Counted from the stretch's first letter, positions 28,235 to 39,618 are shown. The stretch is DNA of 64,000 nucleotides from Macrostomum lignano (GCA_002269645.1 NIVC01000363.1:434001-498000); one strand, 5' to 3'. Notes: a model not told the origin generated them from the sequence alone. Program-made: numbers and translations.

Positions 28235-28855
28235 TCATTTTAGCGCCGCAGGCACTCATTTTAGCGCCGCAGGCACTCATTTTAGCGCCGCAAGCACTCA
28301 TTTTAGCGCCGCAGGCACTCATTTTAGCGCCGCAGGCACTCATTTTAGCGCCGCAGGCACTCATTTTAGCGCCGCAGGCACTCATTTTAGCGTCGCAGAC
28401 ACTCGTTTTGGGGCCGCAGGCACTCATTTTAGCGCGGCAGGCACTCATTTTAGGGCCACAGGCACTCATTTTAGGGCCACAGGCACTCATTTTAGCACCG
28501 CAGGCACTCGATCATTTTAGCGGCGCAGGCTTTCATTTTAGCGCCGCAGGCTTTCATTTTAGCGCCGCAGGCACTCATTTTAGCGCCGCAGGAACTCATT
28601 TTAGGGCCACAGGCACTCATTTTAGCGCCGCAGACACTCATTTTAGCGCCGCAGGCACTCATTTTGGCGCCGCAGACACTCATTTTAGCACTGCAGGCAC
28701 TCATTTTAGCGCCGCAGGCACTCGTTTTGGGGCCGCAGGCACTCATTTTAGCGCGGCAGGCACTCATTTTAGCGCCACAGGCACTCATTTTAGCGCCGCA
28801 GGCACTCATTTTAGCGCTGCAGGCACTCATTTTAGCGCCGCAGGCACTCATTTAG
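28235..28855. repeat. 21-bp minisatellite CATTTTAGCGCCGCAGGCACT
   Basis: Direct read. Preceded at ~28115 by a hAT-like end CAGGGGCGTCGCCA...GGGGGG. The same unit occurs at 39105-39150 and 58018-58545. Confidence 0.95.
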
Positions 28856-29674
28856 CCGGATAGAGAGGCTTGGCGGGCCGGAATTTGCCGACCTCTGCAT
28901 TACAGATTCTTAAAACGCTTCTTGGGACGCCGTCCAGAGGGGGCAGTCGAAGACGCTACAATACCAATCAATTGCAGAATGACCCTAACAAATCTATAAT
29001 TGTGCACACGTAATTTACGACCAAAACTTTTATGGCCAACTAAATTCAATGCCTTCAATTTCTATTGTCTAAACTTTACAAGCGACTAAATTTTAACCTT
29101 GCAAAAATCTACCATAGTAATTTAACTGCTTATATAAGATAAGCTACCGGCAATTGAGCTTGCGTGGCTCCTGACTCTAGCTAATTTAGCCTTATAAGTT
29201 TATCCAATTGCGCGTTTTCTGCCACTGGTAAGTGAAATATTTTAACAAATGCCTTTTTAGCCACAATATAATCATCTTATAGCTGTAAGGCTTGTTTTTT
29301 ATTTATTTAATCTGTTATAGTTCGTACTTTAATAATCTAAGTATTCATGAGATTCAAATCGGTGCCCAAAAATACCGTTAGATAAGTGCGACTGTCGTTT
29401 CTTAGAAAAAGTAGATCGTGTCTTAGTAAAATTTAAAAGTCTAGAATTTAACTTTAATCTAAAAGCTGCTTTCGTTGGTGTGGCAACTTTTTTTATTTGG
29501 GGGAGATTTATATGAGAAATTTCCCATTTCCCAATATACATCAGGAGCATTGCATTGCAGTATAACTGCAGTGTGCAATCCTTAAATTAAAAACTCCCCA
29601 CTGAAATTCCGCTTGTGATTTCCTTTGAAATTCATCATGCTTAGCACTCACCATTCTGGAAGTTGCCCACTGTA

Positions 29675-30125
29675 AGAATTCCCCGTTCTTAAAATTTTCC
29701 ATCCTAAAAATTCCCCGTTCTTAAAATTTTCCATCCTAAAAATTCCCCATTCTTAAAATTTTCCGTCCTAAAAATTCCCCGTTCTTAAAATTTTCCATCC
29801 TAAAAATTCCCCATTCTTAAAATTTTCCGTCCTAAAAATTCCCCATTCTTAAAATTTTTCTTCCTAAAAGTTTCCTAACCTCGAAATTCCCCATCCTTAA
29901 AATTCCTCATCCTCAAAATTCCCCATACTTTTTAATAAATTCCCCATCCTTTAAATCCCCTTGAAATGTTCCAGTTCTTCGAAATCTCCTGTCAAAAATA
30001 GAAAATCTTGTCCCATCCTGGAAATTCCCCATCCTCTAAATTCCCTATTTAAAATTGCCTTCAATGTTTTCTGCATGCATCTTAAACTTCCCCATAGAAA
30101 ATTTCCCATTCTAGAAATTCCATAT
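29675..30125. repeat. 31-bp minisatellite AAAATTCCCCRTTCTTAAAATTTTCCRTCCT with degenerate tail
   Basis: Direct read; about 6 good units then decay. Confidence 0.85.
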
Positions 30126-30589
30126 CTCCTAAATTAGCTTCCTCATCATTTAACATTGAATTAGCTTAAAGAAGTTCATGAAGTCCTATAGAGACGGACT
30201 CCTGCTCTGAAACCTGTTGCGGGACAGGTCATGTGACTTCTTCAAGGCGGTTTACGGGCTAAGGCGGTTTTGCTCCACAAGTTTTTCACATTGCGAGTTA
30301 ACTACCACAGTCCCCATTGTGGCCTGTTGCCGTAGCTATAGAGCAATAAAACGATTTCATAAGCCTTTTCGAATGTTCCACCCCCGAATCGATTGAAAAT
30401 TTCTTTAGCTCCGCGTGGGTGCTCAGAATGACAACCCAAGCAGCAAGCAGTCAGCAGATAATTGCAAACCATAAAACCCCCTCTTATTGCTCAAGTTTTA
30501 TGGCCTTGACCCTTGGAATTATAAATTCTCTCAAGTAAACTTCTGAGGCAATTGCTAGGTGCCCCCTAATTGTTTCCAATGTTATCCAA

Positions 30590-30950
30590 ACTGTGTTAGC
30601 TAACCGGATGTGTTTTTAAAACTGTGTTAGCTAACCGGATGTGTTTTTAAAACTGTGTTAGCTAACCGGATGTGTTTTTAAAACTGTGTTAGCTAACCGG
30701 ATGTGTTTTTAAAACTATGTTAGCTAACCGGATGTGTTTTTAAAACTGTGTTAGCTAACCGGATGTGTTTTTAAAACTGTGTTAGCTAACCGGATGTGTT
30801 TTTAAAACTGTGTTAGCTAACCGGATGAGTTTTTGAAACTGTGTTAGCTAACCGGATGTATTTGCTAGCCGGATGTGTTTGCTAACCGGGTGTGTTTGCT
30901 AACCGGATGTGATTGCTAACCGGATGTGTTTGCTAGCCGGATCTGATTGC
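30590..30950. repeat. 31-bp then shorter-unit tandem repeat containing ACCGGATGT, just upstream of secreted peptide P1
   Basis: AAAACTGTGTTAGCTAACCGGATGTGTTTTT about 9 times, then GCTAACCGGATGTGTTT-type units; 12 CCGGATG cores counted. Confidence 0.93.
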
Positions 30951-31061
30951 TGTAACTATGTTTGCATGCAATTACACACGGAAGCTGCAAATGGCATTAG
31001 ATTTAATTAAAAACCGGTTTAACAAAAAACAATTTTTTTGTTTAAACTCGCAGAATCAATC

Positions 31062-31340
31062 ATGCCATCAACAAAGAGTTTTCTATTGCCAACGCTTCTG
31101 CTGCTGACTGCTGTCTGCGTCCTGTCCGTAGATGGATACGCTTCGATCTGCTCTGAACCGAGCTCCGCCTGCCCCACCGACTGCAGTGAAGACTTGGGTA
31201 CAGCGGTTAGCAGGTGCCGGAGCTGGAAAGGCATTTGTGGGAAAACCGCTAGCGACTGCGCCGCTTGTGTTCGATGCAGCTACCAGGCTTGCAACGCTGG
31301 AAACACTCCGCACATGATCTTATACGAGTACTGCTTTTGA
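31062..31340 (+). CDS. Secreted 10-Cys peptide P1 (uncharacterised family), 92 aa
   Basis: Hydrophobic signal MPSTKSFLLPTLLLLTAVCVLSVDG, then C-x6-C-x3-C-x10-C-x6-C-x6-C-x2-C-x2-C-x4-C-x13-C-F*. Three paralogs in the window. Acceptor-like tttaaactcgcag 8 nt before the ATG; AATAAA at ~31479. Confidence 0.85.
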   Translation: MPSTKSFLLPTLLLLTAVCVLSVDGYASICSEPSSACPTDCSEDLGTAVSRCRSWKGICGKTASDCAACVRCSYQACNAGNTPHMILYEYCF

Positions 31341-31780
31341 TAATTCTGGCAGATGGTCTTACGAGTTTTGTTCTTTGGATTTGTTAAAATGAGATGCTGA
31401 GGTATCAGACACAGATATACAGTAAGTCAGGAGTTTTGACGAACTTTCGTTGGCTAATGCGAATTTTCCATCTTTGGGAATAAAACGAACGGCATGTGAC
31501 TTGCGGAAACGAGTTTGTGTCTTCCTTTGTTCATTTTTAAGAGTTATTTTTATCTGCGGTCAATTTTTAACCCGTTTTGACAACAGCTGAGCAAGTTGTC
31601 AGGGGCACAGACCTCAGAGCCTCAGCGTTCATGTAGGATTGTTTACGGAGTGGAGAGACTCGGGGTTGTGTAGCTGGAATATTGCAGTTTAGCTCTGACC
31701 AATTCAGATTTTTTTAGTAAGTACCCGAAACTATTTTCAAATATTGCAGACAATCATAGTCCTGTCTTTAGGTGATGTAA

Positions 31781-32372
31781 AAACATTCCCACCAGTGTGT
31801 TGGAAGAACATTCCCACCAGTGTGTTGGAAGAACATTCCCACCAGTGTGTTGGAAGAACATTCCATCAATGTGTTGGAAGAACATTACCATCAGTATGTT
31901 GGAAGAACATTACCATCAGTGTGTTGGAAGAACATTACCATCAGTGTGTTGGAAGAACATTACCATCAGTGTGTTGGAAGAACATTACCATCAGTGTGTT
32001 GGAAGAACATTCCCACCAGTGTGTTGGAAGAACATCCCATCAGTGTGTTGGAAGAACATTACCATCAGTGTGTTGGAAGAACATTACCATCAGTGTGTTG
32101 GAAGAACATTACCATCAGTGTGTTGGAAGAACATTACCATCGGTGTGTTGGAAGAACATTACCATCAGTGTGTTGGAAGAACATTACCATCAGTGTGTTG
32201 GAAGAACATTACCATCAGTGTGTTGGAAGAACATTCCATCAATGTGTTGGAAGAACATTACCATCAGTGTGTTGGAAGAACATTCCCACCAGTGTGTTGG
32301 AAGAACATCCCCATCAGTGTGTTGGAAGAACATTCCCATCAGTGTGTTGGAAGAACATTCCCATCAGTGTGT
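31781..32372. repeat. 25-bp minisatellite CAGTGTGTTGGAAGAACATT(A/C)CCAT, block 1
   Basis: Direct read. Confidence 0.95.
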
Positions 32373-33127
32373 TGTGACGTTGTCAGTTTAAGGTGGTCCC
32401 GAAAAGGGCCGCTGGACTATATTTTCCCTTGTAATTTCTCATATTAATTTCTCCAATAGTTTATTTTAACGTTTACTTATAGTAGAGCCCAACGATTTTG
32501 TGGCAATTTCTAATTCACTGTATATTTTGCTATCCTCTCTCGCGACTGTATAAAATTGGCACGATCGATAATTTTAAGTTCTCTCGCCAGCCAATGAAAA
32601 CCACTCGTGCTTCGCGCTACCCCCCTCTGCGCTCCTTTATTAAACCCCCCGCCTGGCGGCGGCACTCCTCACTCCCGTCCTTATCTGTGCTTCTCTCTTC
32701 CTCCCGGCCTGTCCTCGGCCTTGTTTTCCTTCTCTCTGTCTGGGCCAGCCTGTTTACACTGCCTGCCACTGTCTGCCACGGCTAACGCCAATCTCACCAC
32801 TACGCATCTGCCACTGTTGTACTCATCGCCGTTACTCACCACGTTGCATCGTCTTGCATCACTCGCCTACCACTCGACTACAATCTCTAACTCACCTTCA
32901 AGTCAAAACCATTGTTGCAGCCGCCAGTGCCCCAAAGCGCAATAAGTTCTATATTGATATTAACCGCATCGAATATTGATCTCAACAATAATAACCAACT
33001 ACGGCCAGTTTCCGGCCTTGTATGCCAAGTGCTCCGCTACACAAATCCGCTATCAAGACTTGACTCGATTCATTTGGGACTAAAACGGCCCTTTTAAGGG
33101 TCACGGACAACATCAAATAACGTGACA
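32373..33127. mobile_element. 755-bp insertion with TGT...ACA ends and 4-bp TSD (GTGT): probable solo LTR
   Basis: Starts TGTGACGTT and ends AACGTGACA. Flanked by GTGT (32369-72) and GTGT (33128-31). It splits one 25-bp unit. Internal TATAAAA at ~32548 and a CT-rich tract. Confidence 0.7.
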
Positions 33128-33855
33128 GTGTTGGAAGAACATTCCCATCAGTGTGTTGGAAGAACATTCTCATCAGTGCATGTGTTGGAAGAACATTCCC
33201 ACCAGTGTGTTGGAAGAACATTCCCACCAGTGTGTTGGAAGAACATTCCCATCAGTGTGTTGGAAGAACATTCCCATCAGTGTGTTGGAAGAACATTCCC
33301 ACCAGTGTGTTGGAAGAACATTCCCATCAGTGCATGTGTTGGAAGAACATTCCCACCAGTGTGTTGGAAGAAAATTCTCATCAGTGTGTTGGAAGAACAT
33401 TCCCATCAGTGTGTTGGAAGAACATTCCCACCAGTGTGTTGGAAGAACATTCCCATCAGTGCATGTGTTGGAAGAACATTCCCATCAGTGCATGTGTTGG
33501 AAGAACATTCCCATCAGTGCATGTGTTGGAAGAACATTCCCATCAGTGCATGTGTTGGAAGAACATTCCCACCAGTGTGTTGGAAGAACATTACCATCAG
33601 TGTGTTGGAAGAACATCCCCATCAGTGTGTTGGAAGAACATTACCATCAGTGTGTTGGAAGAACATTACCATCAGTGTGTTGGAAGAACATTCCCACCAG
33701 TGTGTTGGAAGAACATCCCCATCAGTGTGTTGGAAGAACATTCCCATCAGTGTGTTGGAAGAACATCCCACCAGTGTGTTGGAAGAACATCCCATCAGTG
33801 TGTTGGAAGAACATTACCATCAGTGTGTTGGAAGAACATTCCATCAATGTGTTGG
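33128..33855. repeat. 25-bp minisatellite, block 2 (continuation of block 1)
   Basis: Direct read; includes 29-bp variants with a GCAT insertion. Confidence 0.95.
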
Positions 33856-33930
33856 GCAGCCTATCTGGAGGCAACACCACGAAATTCTATCTGTGTTAAA
33901 AAGTGGGCAATTTTAATGTATTTACAAATA

Positions 33931-34359
33931 CACTCAGCAACATTGAAAAGTGTCCACGTCTGCACAAAAGGCTACACTAGCTAAACGATTAGGTATTGAA
34001 AAGTTTTTCAACCATGTTTGGGCCGCCAAAGGCCAAAGCGCATTGCACCGAATCGTGCACTTCAGGAAATCCCACACGTGCTCAATCGGGTTCATATCCG
34101 GTGATCTGGACGGGCAATGCAAAGTGCGCCAATCAGTCATTTGGCGGACTATCGTTGTCGCCTGCATCCAGATGCCTCCAGTAAACTCCTGTACATTCGT
34201 TACTGTAACGCTTTTCCCTGTGACACCAGATATCGCTCTTTGCTTTCCTGCCGTTTTTTGCTCATTTGTCTATGGCTCAAAACCAATTGGCGAAATTATC
34301 GATCGTGCTGCCCATGGACCCTTGGCGCAAGGGTGGGCACTTTTAAATGTTGCTCAGTG
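33931..34359 (-). mobile_element. Tc1/mariner internal-deletion derivative (429 bp)
   Basis: TIRs CACTCAGCAACATTGAAAAGTGTCCAC and reverse complement of the right end CACTGAGCAACATTTAAAAGTGCCCAC, with TA on both sides. The minus strand encodes the transposase catalytic remnant CPSRSPDMNPIEHVWDFLK. Confidence 0.88.
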
Positions 34360-34397
34360 TATGAGTTAACACATCTAGCGTTTTATAGGATGTGTGG

Positions 34398-34495
34398 GGC
34401 AGCCCAAGGAGTTCTAAATCTAGCAACTAAATCTAGTCCTCACCGCTATTTCAGTTGTCATTCCAGTTGCTAGATTTAGAAATCCTTGGGCAGCC
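34398..34495. repeat. Short inverted repeat (31-bp arms)
   Basis: ggcagcccaaggagttctaaatctagcaact versus agttgctagatttagaaatccttgggcagcc (29/31 complementary). Confidence 0.75.
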
Positions 34496-35197
34496 TATCA
34501 AGCGGGGAGTTTGGCCCTTAGACAATAACTACTCGTACGAGCTACTTTACTAATCGAGCCGCTCGGAGTGAGCGCGAGAAGCAAAATTCATTCTTTCCCA
34601 GCTACCGACTATACTCGCAAGTCGTAATTGTTCTCAACCTCGCAACTGTTCTCAGCTTTACTACACCTCAGTGAGTGATCGCAATTTGATGTTATATACT
34701 GTTACACACTTGCTATAGTAAAGTCTGATGATCAAAGTGCATGTCTTTGTATGGTGTTTATTTTCTGCAGTTTAAACCACATTAGGGCTATTGCATAGGC
34801 GTATTTCGACGCAAAAACCATGCATTTGTGTTGGAGCAACAATCTCCCTCAGTGTGTTGGAGCAACAATCTCCCTCAGTGTGTTGGAGGAACATTCTCCT
34901 CAATATGTTGTAGGAATATTCTCCTCAGTGTGTTGACAGAACTTTCCCATCAAGGATCAGACGCTGCTGCTCCCTGCACACTTCCCCGTCAAATTCCATA
35001 CATGTACGTACATGGAATTTTTTGCTCTGAATCGTCTCCCTTTTAGCCGTTTTTTTCTAAAAAAATTCTTAAGCCGTCCAAGCATTGCTTTCCTGTTTTT
35101 TACTGTGCGCACCGTGCATGTATTATAGTCTAAGTAATAATATATTTAACATTTCAAAAATTGAATAACGAATCTGCTTAAATTCACAGACCTAAAC

Positions 35198-35476
35198 ATG
35201 AAAACTAGTCTTCTGCTTCTAGCTGCTTTCTGTGTTCTGACCGCTGATGCAATCTTTTCCGATATGAGCATTCTCTGCTCTGAAGCCTGCGAATATGATA
35301 GTGGTGACAAGGGCTTGCGTATGGCGGTCAGAAGGTGCAAATGGTGGAAAATCTATATGCAGAGGACCACAAAAGAATGCGCCGCTTGCGTTCGATGCAG
35401 CTACGAGGCTTGCAACCAAGGAACCGCTCCTGACAAGATCATACGTTCAACATGCAACTGTTGCACTCTTCACTAG
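35198..35476 (+). CDS. Secreted 10-Cys peptide P2 (variant framework), 92 aa
   Basis: Signal MKTSLLLLAAFCVLTADA. CAACVRCSYEACNQG is nearly identical to P1 CAACVRCSYQACNAG. Ends CNCCTLH*. Acceptor-like aattcacag 8 nt before the ATG; AATAAA at ~35573. Confidence 0.85.
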   Translation: MKTSLLLLAAFCVLTADAIFSDMSILCSEACEYDSGDKGLRMAVRRCKWWKIYMQRTTKECAACVRCSYEACNQGTAPDKIIRSTCNCCTLH

Positions 35477-35726
35477 CGCGACTGAGCAGTGCAAATCTGG
35501 CAATATCCAGTCACTCTGAATTCTCTTACCACAGTTGGTTGCAAAAGTTGCCGCGCGCAAGTAGCGCTTCAAAATAAACGCTGAAACTAGTGGAAGTGAA
35601 TGTCTGCATGTTTTTGTTCTTTTTTTACTCGCATGAGTTTCATTTCCTAGCAGTATTGCATCTGCTACGCAATTTTGAGCCCTGTTAATTGCAGCTAAAC
35701 TAGTTTGCCAGAGACTCGGCCTCAGT

Positions 35727-36035
35727 GTATGTGTTGGAAGAACATTCCCATCAGTGCATGTGTTGGAAGAACATTCTCATCAGTGCATGTGTTGGAAGAA
35801 CATTCTCATCAGTGCATGTGTTGGAAGAACATTCTCATCAGTGCATGTGTTGGAAGAACATTCTCATCAGTGTGTTGGAAGAACATTCCCACCAGTGTGT
35901 TGGAAGAACATTCCCACCAGTGTGTTGGAAGAACATTCCCACCAGTGTGTTGGAAGAACATTACCATCAGTGTGTTGGAAGAACATTCCCACCAGTGTGT
36001 TGGAAGAACATTCCCATCAGTGCATGCGTTGGAAG
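35727..36035. repeat. 25/29-bp minisatellite, block downstream of P2 (diverged copies also at 34826-34940)
   Basis: Direct read, same unit as 31781-33855. Confidence 0.93.
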
Positions 36036-37021
36036 GACAGTGCCCTAAATTTGCATTTAAAATGTATTACGAGTACAATGCAATACAACTTACGAGTAAT
36101 ATAAGAGTACATTAACGAATTAATTTCATGCGATCTAGGGAATCAAGTGGCTTGCGTGTGATTTGAATTTACTTCGAAGTACGAAGATTTATTATCATCA
36201 AAATCAATGGTTATTTTAGTTTTAGCCCGACAAGACTTACACAGAATTGGGACGAAAATAGCGTCTCTGTCTTTAAGTGCATTTAAACAAATTGTAAGCA
36301 AATAAGGCGAGTGTGTGCGTTGTTTAAATTTGAAATATAAATACCAGTATATATTTTAATCAACTTCAATCAGCGGAATTAAAATTTCCGGAACGGTTTG
36401 GGAATTAAATATATCATAAATAACAGTTTTTCTGATACATATAATAGTACTGCACAAATAGAAAAATTTTATATGGAAGAAACTTTAAAATTCTTTGGAA
36501 GCCAGCCACACGTAACTCAGCTCTGGGAAATTTTCGAGTATGAACTCAAAACGCGAGAAAACGTTTTGCTCGACAAGCTCTGAAGGGATGGACTTTGCCA
36601 TCAGAAATTATCAAGGACAGACAGTTTCAACACAACATGATTTTTGCGGGACATGCAGTGACTCTACCGGCTATGGTGTTACCTGCGATTGTTTTAAAAT
36701 ATCTTCATCAAAAATATAGTAATTACGGCGCATTATACATGTATTCGAAGTTTCTACGTACGAAACATCGCAAGCATGATGAGCGTACAAGCGGCACTGC
36801 AGGAAGTAAGATTCCACCCAAAATTTGACTCAAATTTTAACCTAAGACCATAATTGTTAGAAAGAGAGCGTTATACTTTTACAGCCCTCCTGCACTAACT
36901 GTTACCCTCTCTAACGACCAGCAGTCCTTGTTATTTCACGTTGTACTCAAATCCGACAGCAATTGTCAGCACCTGTTCATTAGTTAGAAGAGTTTTACAA
37001 TCTCAATTACCCACATGCGAG

Positions 37022-39618
37022 TTAATTAATAGCCTCTGCCGGCCACTTCAGTTGGCCAATCAGCGAGCCTCTCGGACGTCCGTCTCGGCCATACTTGTCC
37101 AACGCTAGCGAGCGCTGTCCGGAGCGCCAACCAATCTCTTGGCTGGTGGTTCTCGGCGGCGGCTTCGGCGACGGGTCAACTCGCAAATAGTTTCTGAGCG
37201 GAGTGACCGGCGGCACCTGCATGTGGGCCGGCAGTTCCGCTTTGGGCCGGCTGGAATCGCGCAGAGTCGGCAGTTCGTCTTTGATCACCTGCGATGGAGC
37301 AGGTTTGAGTCAAGGGAGGCTTCATTTCTTAAGAAAAGCTAGATTTATAGGAAAAATACACTACGTAGACAAGAATCTAAACATTTTCAGCACAAAATAG
37401 CGAATGGCAGATCAAATGGCTCGTCTTATTCCTAATTTACTTCTCTCTGGCGCATTATCCCACGACCAGTGATGACGTCAATTCTACTCATTCGGCTGAC
37501 TCCTAATGAGTACATACAAGAGCTCCTTATTCAAGTAAAATTGTATCGGACAGGGATGTTTTCTATGAATATCTTTTTATGCAAGTAACAAAAATACAAC
37601 AAAATAAAGCCTTTACAAAGATAACAGACATTCCCCTATTTAGAAGACATCTCCAAAACAGCAAACATCCCCCCCCCCTAAATAGCAAGCATCCCCCAGA
37701 TAGCAAGCATCCCCTAAATAGCAAGCATCCCCCAGATAGCAAGCATCCCCTAAATAGCAAGCATCCACCCAGATAGCAAGCATCCCCTAAATAGCAAGCA
37801 TCCCCTAAATAGCAAGCATCCCCCAGATAGCAAGCATCCACCCAGATAGCAAGCATCCCTCGGATAGCAAGCATCCACCCAGATAGCAAGCATCCCCCAG
37901 ATAGCAAGCATCCCTCGGATAGCGAGCATCCCCCAGATAGCAAGCATCCCCCAGATAGCAAGCATCCCCCAGATAGCAAGCATCCCCCAGATAGCAAGCA
38001 TCCCCTAAATAGCAAGCATCCACCCAGATAGCAAGCATCCCTCGGATAGCAAGCATCCCTCGGATAGCAAGCATCCCCCAGATAGCAAGCATCCCCCAGA
38101 TAGCAAGCATCCCCCAGATAGCAAGCATCCCTCGGATAGCAAGCATCCCTCGGATAGCAAGCATCCCCTAAATAGCAAGCATCCACCCAGATAGCAAGTA
38201 TCCCCTAAATAGCAAGCATCCACCCAGATAGCAAGCATCCCCTAAATAGCAAGCATCCACCAGATAGCAAGCATCCCCTAAATAGCAAGCATCCCCTAAA
38301 TAGCAAGCATCCACCCAGATAGCAAGCATCCCTCAGATAGCAGCAACCCCCAAACTGGTCAAATCAAGGAAGTGGTCATCGGATTACCTCCTCGTACGAT
38401 TGAGCCATAAAGCCCCAGTCTTTGTGCCAGTGTTTCGCCGAGCTGGCCTCTTTAGTACAATGATCCTTCCTGCAAATTAGGCAATAAGTTCGGCTCGTTA
38501 TAGTTTGATATCCGCTCCAGAAAAATAATTCTGAAGGAATTTCAAGCTCGTACTGTTGCATCAATTATGTTTTTTTGCATAAACCTAACGGAGTATTTAA
38601 AGATGGACTGAGTATTAGACTTTTAAACCTTCCCCTGTTTTATAGACATTACATAGTAAGAAGCTCAAAACACGATTAAGTATTTTCTAAGATTTTAAAT
38701 GTATGGATATAAAGCTATACCAGAAGTCTACATATCAATAAAGAATAGTTATACAAATATATGATGTAATTTTTCACTAAATCAAATTAATTTCTAAAAA
38801 ACGCAGGCGGACAGAACGTTCAATAATAATTTTTTTACTAGTCAGGCCTTTGCTGACTCGATGACGACGATTTTAATATGTATTTGCATTGCATATTTCC
38901 TATTCATTATGCAGTCCAATGCAGTGCATGCATTATATATGCAGTGGTCTTTTAAAGCCACCTGTTTAAGTATCGTCTCGTATTTCAATCTGTTTCCGCC
39001 ACCGGTAGGATATATCTAAATGTTCTTTCTAGGAGCAGTGGCGTAGCCAGGAATTTCAATTGGGGGGGGGGTTGGCCTGGCTGGCCATGCCTCATGCCAT
39101 TGCCACTTTTGGCGCCGCAGGCACTCGTTTTGGCGCCGCAGGCACTCGATCATTTGCCTCATGGTTTTTGGTACCCGCCGCGCCCAACCCCACCCTCCCA
39201 GGCGATTAGGGGGAGTGGGCTGGCGGCCCCCCGCCCCCCCCCTGGCTACGCCACTGGCTAGGAGGGATTCAGGTTCGCCACCAGACAGGAAGTAGCTATA
39301 TTGTTGTCAGTTTTCCGACACGTACCGGTTGATCGACACGAAATATAACGGGAGGCTTAATAGCCAAATTTTCACCTAAATACAAATCAGCCCCTCTTCA
39401 AGCTGTTGTCTTCAGTTCCACGCGCCATAATTAAAAAGAAATAATAATTGTCCTTCTGCATCTAAATTCCCAAAATGAGTTCTTCAGGTCCAGGATCCCT
39501 CTTTGCCATATTTGCGTATGTGCCGACATACTGCGGTGCATATATGTACTCACCAAATTTGATCATGAGCAATTTGATTGCAACCAGCAACTTCCCGACC
39601 TTCCTGTCGATTTGCCAT
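37022..39618 (-). CDS. CIMIP1: Ciliary microtubule inner protein 1 (C20orf85/LLC1 homolog), 3 exons, 137 aa
   Basis: Exons 39618-39554, 38469-38388, 37288-37022, phases 2 and 0, GT-AG. Protein MANRQEGREVAGCNQIAHDQIWKDHCTKEASSAKHWHKDWGFMAQSYEEVIKDELP...PVTPLRNYLRVDPSPKPPPRTTSQEIGWRS...LKWPAEAIN aligns with the family motifs QDEIW, WPQNWGF, PVTP and TTQGFIGWRS. Confidence 0.85.
37665..38350 (-). repeat. 18-bp minisatellite CAGATAGCAAGCATCCCC (CIMIP1 intron 2)
   Basis: Reverse complement of the 14860-15810 unit; the adjacent flank is also homologous. Confidence 0.95.
39036..39256. mobile_element. hAT-type MITE (221 bp) in CIMIP1 intron 1
   Basis: Perfect 16-bp TIRs CAGTGGCGTAGCCAGG / CCTGGCTACGCCACTG. 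8-bp TSD TCTAGGAG / GCTAGGAG (7/8). Carries two copies of the 21-bp TTTTGGCGCCGCAGGCACTCG unit. Confidence 0.88.

Noticed and set aside
31062-35476. Assignment of the peptides to macins, defensins or metallothioneins
   Set aside because: Cys spacing lacks the macin/CS-alpha-beta C-terminal CxC and its register, and signal peptides argue against metallothionein.
31744-36115. Long overlapping Cys/His-rich ORFs (VCWKNI.., LEEHSHQCVGRT..) resembling zinc-finger or metal-binding proteins
   Set aside because: They are translations of the 25-bp minisatellite, open in several frames at once, with no splice or domain support.
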